From the human T2T-CHM13v2.0 reference genome, Homo sapiens: a stretch of 64,000 nucleotides of DNA. The stretch's first letter is position 1, and each line of letters starts with the position of its first letter. The notes under the pieces are model-generated. The model made no database searches and had not been told where the DNA came from. It saw only the letters and a program-made list of their open reading frames with translations. Shown here piece by piece: positions 51,926 through 64,000 of this stretch. The stretch lies in the NCBI RefSeq assembly GCF_009914755.1, contig NC_060936.1; one strand, given 5' to 3'. Both the position numbers and the translations under genes were made by a program.

Positions 51926-53169
51926 TTATTCACACTTGTCTCATGAGGTTGCTCTAAGGTGAAAATACATATTCATTCATTCATTCATTCATTTATTTAT
52001 TTTGAGACGGAGTCTCACTGGCGTGATCTTGGCTCACTGCAACCTCTGCCTCCCGGGTTTAACCGATTCTCCTGCCTCAGGCTCCCCAGTACCTGGGACT
52101 ACAGGCACCCGCCACCACACCCAGCTATTTTTTTTTTTTTTTTAATATTTAGTAGAGATGGGGTTTCACCATATTGGTGAGACTGGTCTCGAACTCCTGA
52201 CCTCAGGTGATCCACCTGCCTTTGCCTCCCAAAGTGCTGGGATTACAGGTGTGAGTCACCGAGCCTGGCTTATACTTTTTTAAAAAAAAAAGACTCACAA
52301 ACAAAAAGGCCATAAAAGACTCTGCTTTTATAATGGAAAAATAATTGGCATTCTAGCACATACCCACTTCGTGCCAAGGCTTGAGCTTAGCATACTGACC
52401 TGGGTGCCCAGACCCTGGAGGAGCTTAAATTCTCCATAAACAGTGAACAGCAGCTTTAACCATTCAGGGCCCAGTACAATGTCATGTAAAACATGCCCAG
52501 GAAGTGAAATACACAGATGAGGACCACAACCAGAATAAAGCAAAGCCCACGAATTTGGTCTGTACTCAAAGAAGTCTCTGCGGCCTGTGACACCACAGTA
52601 AACGAAATTTTTTTCACTGCTGACGATGCTGCATCGCGCCCTGGCTGGGAACCCAGGTCTCCGTCCATGACGCTGCGTCACGCCCTCCTTCCCCGGATGG
52701 TGTCACAGGTCTCCACACCATCTGCCTGGAGCTCCCACAGCTGCACCTCTATCCTTCCTTATGCTCTGGGCAGTCTCAATGTCACCTTCAACTGTGGCCT
52801 ACAGACCAGCGGGCCTCATGGTCAACAGTGCCCCTGAGCCCAAGACCTGAAGGGCCAACTCCCTCCCAGTCACCTCACTTGGACATCCCACAGGCAGCTC
52901 CACTGCACCGTGTAGAAAACAGAATTCATTTACACCTAGCACAGCCAGAAACACCTTCTCTCGTCACCTCTGATTACCAAGATTCTGGCTGTGAAGTGTC
53001 CGGTGGCATCGTATGCCATGGCAGCCATCCCTAAGCTTCTGCACAGGGAAGAAAAACTCATCATGGACCCTGCGGCCTGCACTGACACCCCCGCCTCCAC
53101 TCCCTGGCAACACAGCCTAGGTCACCCGCAAATGTCCTCCTACAGCTCCCTCCCGCCATCACCCACTAG

Positions 53170-53481
<312 letters not shown>

Positions 53482-54096
53482 TAGTAGAGACGGGGTTTCA
53501 CCGTGTTAGCCAGGATGGTCTCGATCTCCTGACCTCGTGATCCGCCTGCCTCGGCCTCCCAAAGTGCTGGGTTTACAGGCGTAAGCCACTGCACCCGGCC
53601 TCACAAATCTTTCTTAAACTACAATACTGGCTACCATTCCTATTAAAACAGCCAGCAGAGGCAGCTCCCGGGCAGCGTGCGTGCAGTGAGCAACCCTGCT
53701 GCTGCCTGCTCGGCTCCCACAGCCCATCACTCGGCTCCCACAGCGCCCGCACCGCGGCCCATGACTGCCTGAACACAGACGCCGCCAGCCAAGATGTCAA
53801 CCCGAATTCTCCTCACAAAGGCCTGCCGTCCAACTCCATGACCAATGTCCCTGTTGACACAGGTGGGGCTGCCCAGGCTACTGCTGTTGAGGGTCTGACA
53901 GAGGCTGAGGAGGAAGAGCTCAGGGCCCAGCTACCAAGACGGATGAGGAAACTGTCACTCTACACCAGTGCTGGCAGCCAAGGAGGGGGACTGTGGAGAG
54001 CTTGAGAGGAGGCTGGGCCTCTCTGCCTTGGAGGCTGAAACGGAACCCTCTCTAACGCCTATGTGAAGACTTCTGAGAAATGTGGAAGTGGAATGA

Positions 54097-54534
<438 letters not shown>

Positions 54535-54806
54535 TGAATTTCAACAGTTGTGTACATAGTTATATACTAAAGTTTGTAGGTGAAACAGATAACTGTGCTG
54601 TCCTTCCTAGGGGTACAGGAAGTGGACAGGGCGGAGGATTTGAAATACTGAGCCAAAGCCCAGGCTCCCTTTAAGAATCACGTTAGTGGCCAGGCACGGT
54701 GGCTCACGCCCGTAATCCCAGCACTCTGGGAGGCCAAGGCGGGCCGATCACGAGGTCAGGAGATGGAGACCATCCTGGCTAACACGGTGAAACCCCATCT
54801 CTACTA

Positions 54807-55004
<198 letters not shown>

Positions 55005-55825
55005 TCAGAATGTTGAAGCATTGAAGAGTCCTACGCATAAGTGGCATTTTTGACCTCCTCCTTCCCTAACTCACAGAAGGAATGCAATCACCCAGAAAGC
55101 CCTACCTGTTCCATGAGTTTTTATCTTGAAATGCTAAACAAGAAGTGTCCATTTCCTGCCCACAGAAAGTAAACTGAATATCAACAACTGCCCAATTGTT
55201 GTACTAATCTAGCTTTAATGAAAAGCAAATTCATTATTTTTTTTTAATGCAGTGGACTTTTCAAAAATCGAAATTAGGCAAAGCAGCTTTAGCCTCCTAG
55301 TGAGAGAATATTATTTCTTTGGACTCAAGCTGAAATTCAAGCCTCACATTACCTCATGCTTTATTTATCATAAACATATAAATGAGGGTTGCTCAATGGC
55401 TGTGAGTACTGTGTGGGATTTTACACCTGGCCTGTGTGACTGCCTGTTCCAGTTGGGGTGTTGGTTTCACTAACACGCTCCATCCCAGTGTATAAAACTT
55501 GCTTCTCTTCTCAAGCAGGGCAGCTCCCCTGGCTCCCTACTCTGCCCTGAAGGACTTTTGGGCTCCCAGGGGTGGGAGGGGCTAAGAGAAGGAAAAGCCT
55601 GTCTTTAGCACCCTTTAGAAGAGCTGTGCCCGCTTCCCAGTGCTGCCTTGCATGGGCCTGGCCCGGGGGGCACTCATCAGTGACTCCAACCCGCCTGCTG
55701 GCTGCACTTCAGATGAAATGACCCCACAGGTCAGGTGGAGGGTGGGGCATGGGCATCGGCCAGGATTGCTGTCACCTTTTCTCCGGAGCTACCAAGATCG
55801 TTCCTGTTTCTAAGCAGTCGCACCC

Positions 55826-56047
55826 CAGCAGCCTCTCTCTCTCCACAGCCCTGCGTGTCAGGCAGCCTCTCTCTCACACCACAGCCCTGCGTGTCAGGCA
55901 GCATCTCTCTCTCTCCACAGCCCTGCGTGTCAGGCAGCCTCTCTCTCTCTCCACAGCCCTGCGTGTCAGGCAGCCTCTCTCTCTCTCCACAGCCCTGCGT
56001 GTCAGGCAGCCTCTCTCTCTCTCCACAGCCCTGCGTGTCAGGCAGCA
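55826..56047. repeat. ~36-bp VNTR GGCAGCCTCTCTCTCTCTCCACAGCCCTGCGTGTCA, ~6 copies, ANKLE2 intron 5
   Basis: Read directly. Confidence 0.94.
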
Positions 56048-56452
56048 TGGTTTGCAGGGGCAGCTCTGTGCCTCAGTGGCTCTTGGTAGGACACTGAGGG
56101 CCTGCCTGTGGTGTGCACAGCTCTGCCACTCCCGGGAGGGGAAGTGCTGCTCAGCTCAAGGTGTCCTGTTCGGCAGAGGAAATGTCCTCTGACAACCGTG
56201 TCCCCAGACAGTTCAGACACCCTCGGGGACAGCATCGCACACACGACGACGATGCAGGGGCCAGGGAACCCCAGCGCTCGGTGCCCTTTGTCCAGTGGGA
56301 TGTGGTAAGAAGGCAGGTTGCAGGGGTGTAATTGATGTATCTTTTCCCCAAAGTTATTATACTAATGAGTAACTTGTCGATAAAGCATTCTTTTGGGGAA
56401 AGACTTTTAACCAATTAAATAAAGAAAGCGTGAGTGGAGGGTGTGCACGCAC

Positions 56453-56641
56453 CATCTTGTCGGGGGTGTTGAGGTACAGGTCCACCACGTAACGGATACG
56501 CTTCTGCAGCATGGCCTCGTCGTCATCAGGGTACATCAGCCTCATGAAGTCAGGGTTCTCCAGGACGTCCAGAGTCAGCTGGCAGATGGAAGCCTGGTTC
56601 TCTTTGGCAGCAACATGCATCACGTTGTACCTGCACCCTTC
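56453..56641 (-). CDS. ANKLE2: ANKLE2 exon 5 ([16 protein letters not shown]...LYLNTPDKM)
   Basis: TTTCAG| acceptor, ATG|GTGCGT donor, 189 nt. Confidence 0.96.
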
Positions 56642-56758
56642 CTGAAAGAGAACCGCATGCTCTGAGCTTCCTATCTGATGTGTGGACACGCCCTGTGCGA
56701 GTGCTGCGATGGAACGGCCGGGACCGCACACCTGCCCGAGGGAACCGCCGAGACCTAC

Positions 56759-56952
56759 CTGCACGATAGTGGGGTTGTCTCCTGAGCCTATCAGATACCG
56801 GGGGTTGCTCCAGATAAGGTCAGAAAAGGTGTCCTCCTCTCCCTTCTCCACAGCTTTCCGAAGCTTGGCGGTGAGGTCCTGCGTGCGGGGATTTTTGTAA
56901 CTGTTCGCTCGCTCTTTGTTGACTGTTTCTGATTCCGACAAGCACAAACCAT
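56759..56952 (-). CDS. ANKLE2: ANKLE2 exon 4 ([14 protein letters not shown]...GDNPTIVQ)
   Basis: GACAG| acceptor, CAG|GTAGGT donor, 194 nt. Confidence 0.96.
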
Positions 56953-57756
56953 CTGTCAGTAAGAGACAGAATTTAAGAACAATCAGTTTCACCAAAAGTC
57001 ACTCATCACCCATGCACCCTCTGATGAGGGATAAGCAGCTTTCCACAGAGGCTTCTGGGCCAACTGGGAGGCACAGGTGAGAAAAGACGAGAAGGGCCCA
57101 CGGCCACCGGCCCCAGCATGCAACGCAATCAATGGCAGCCAGCGTGCCCGTCAGCAGAGCAAGTGAGGGAGAGCAGCCAGACCCGGCCACAATCTCACTG
57201 GGGGCCCCAGCCTACAACAGCAGCCAGCGCGCCCCCATGAGCACAGCAAGTGGAAGAGCAGCCAGACCCTGCCACAATCTTGCTGGGAAAGGCTCTGTGA
57301 ATGAGGCCAAGTTTGGTGAACTTTGTGTTTTTTCAGAGACAGGGTCTGGCTCTGTTACCCAGGCTGGAGTGTGGTGGCACGAATATGGCTCACTGCAGCC
57401 TCGACCTCCTGGGCTCAAGTGATCTCAGGCCCTCAAGTAGCTGGGACTACAGTTGTATGCCAACACGCCTGGCTTATATACATATATATATATATATATA
57501 CACACACGTATTTTTAGAGATGAGGTCTATGTTGCCCAGGCTGGTCTCAAACTCCTGGCTTCAAGGGATCCTTCTGCCTCAGCCCCCAAAAGTGTTGTAA
57601 TTACAGGGACGAGTCACCACACCCGGCCAGTGAACTCTGAAAGCTCGGTCAGTAGGTGGAGGAGGAATAACAGCAGCAGCGGGCAAGGGAACACTCCCAG
57701 AAATCACGCAAGACCTTCGATGTGCACAGTGTGGCTGCAAAGGATTACAGGATTAA

Positions 57757-58011
<255 letters not shown>

Positions 58012-58399
58012 TGATCCACCCGCCTCAGCCTCCCAAAGTGCTGGGATCACAGGCGTGAGCCACCTCGCCCGGCCTGATTTCTGTCTTAAGGTGATTTCCT
58101 TCTGAGGAATCCTCACAAATTGCAAAGAAGGAAATCCGTACCTGTTAGAAGCCACTCTGGTTTCCATCCAGGAAGCACCTGTATAAGGCTGACTGAGGGC
58201 AGGCGGATGACTGGAAGGAGAGGGCAACATTCCTCTGGAGTACCAGCCCGCCAGGGAAGCCCAGACAACTGTGAGCTGCGAGAGGGAGCAGGAACTGAGG
58301 CCAGATGAAAGGTAAAGGCGGAGGTTCTACCCCACACTGACCGTGAAGAGCCTCTTCACACAAAACCCTAGTTCTGAGCTGGGAGGTGGGCATGGGTCA

Positions 58400-58892
<493 letters not shown>

Positions 58893-59188
58893 CTACTTGG
58901 GAGGCTAAAGCAGGTGGATTGCTTAAGCCCAGGAGTTTGAGGCTGCAGTGGGCCATGATAGCACCAGACTGCACTCCAGGCTGGCAAAAGAACAAGACCC
59001 TGTCTCTTTACAAAAAAAAAAGAAAAAAATCCAACAGACACGGGGACAGATGGAAGCGGCCACAGCGTTCTTTTCAGCTTCTCCAGAGTCAAGATGCTAA
59101 TTACACGAGCATCAGAGCCAGCATGGCCTCCTGGTCCACTGAGACCCCATCGACTCTACCCTCATGGAGAAAACAAGTTACCACATCA

Positions 59189-59521
<333 letters not shown>

Positions 59522-59869
59522 TCACCTGGCCATGCCCTGGGCCTAACCATCAGCTTCCACATCTGCTACCCAGTCGCCTGGCTTAGTTCAGATCTTTAAT
59601 CCTGAAGAAAAAGGGCCTAAGCTAGCCAAAATAGAACAATTAACAAGCTCGACAGTGTGCATATATGCATGTAACATGATATATATTATGTTCATATATG
59701 TAATTCTATATGCCAAGATTCTATCCTAAAAACTAAATTTCATATAAAGATCTAAATAAAAATTATTAAAAGGCAAATTAAAAAAAAAAAACTATAATTA
59801 TGTCAGCCAAGAACATAAGAGAATTTTAAACACAATTTTGAATAGGGAACGCCTTTTTATTTTTTACTT

Positions 59870-62932
<3,063 letters not shown>

Positions 62933-63261
62933 TCATTGGCCATTTGCATTCATTAACATAAAAGATGTGCAGGTTACACTGCATTTTAAAAAGGCGGAGA
63001 TGACTAATCAACAAAGTTCCTAACCAACAGCAGCAGCCAGTTAATATTAATATCTCAGTCCAGCATATCTCATAGAATCCAATTTACCTCACAAATTTTA
63101 ACAGTTCTCATGTTAAATTCACAAATATTTCAGAAAAGTTCTACATAAAAATGTTAACAATGGTTAACTGGGGTGATGAGATGGAGGGGATTGGATTTTT
63201 TCCTTCTTAATCTGTAGTTTTCCATTTTCAGACGTCATCCCGCCCCTCCGCGTATGTGCTA

Positions 63262-63783
<522 letters not shown>

Positions 63784-64000
63784 TCACAAAATACTAACAC
63801 CTGCTGAAGCTGGGTGATGGGTACTAGGGTTCATTATATAATGGCATCAGTTTCTGTTTCTTTCATTAAAAACTTTTTTTCTTGGCTGGACGCGGTGGCT
63901 CACGCCTGTAATCCCAGCATTTTGGGAGGCTGAGGCGGGCGGATCATCTGAGGTCAGGAGTTCGAGACCAGCCCGGCCAACATGGTGAAACCACGTCTCT

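Overview
Human (hominid) genomic DNA from the GC-rich, Alu-dense subtelomeric region recognisable from its translations as chr12q24.33. It holds three known protein-coding genes. PXMP2 (peroxisomal membrane protein, + strand) contributes its last three coding exons. PGAM5 (mitochondrial Ser/Thr/His phosphatase, + strand) is complete, with its CpG-island promoter, the 289-aa long form and the alternative 255-aa short-form terminal exon. ANKLE2 (LEM4, - strand) is present as coding exons 2-13 and converges tail-to-tail with PGAM5. A 5S rRNA pseudogene lies between PGAM5 and ANKLE2. Introns carry dozens of Alus (some nested three deep), L1/L2/MIR/hAT/LTR fragments and many minisatellites and low-complexity tracts. 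Almost all long ORFs in the supplied track are Alu, L1 or tandem-repeat artefacts. I found no convincing new gene or system. The best leads are RNA-processing hypotheses: a G-rich VNTR and an AluY flanking the PGAM5 short/long acceptor choice, an inverted-Alu PGAM5 3'UTR, phase-compatible PXMP2-to-PGAM5 read-through, an in-frame retainable ANKLE2 intron, and intronic polyadenylation candidates.
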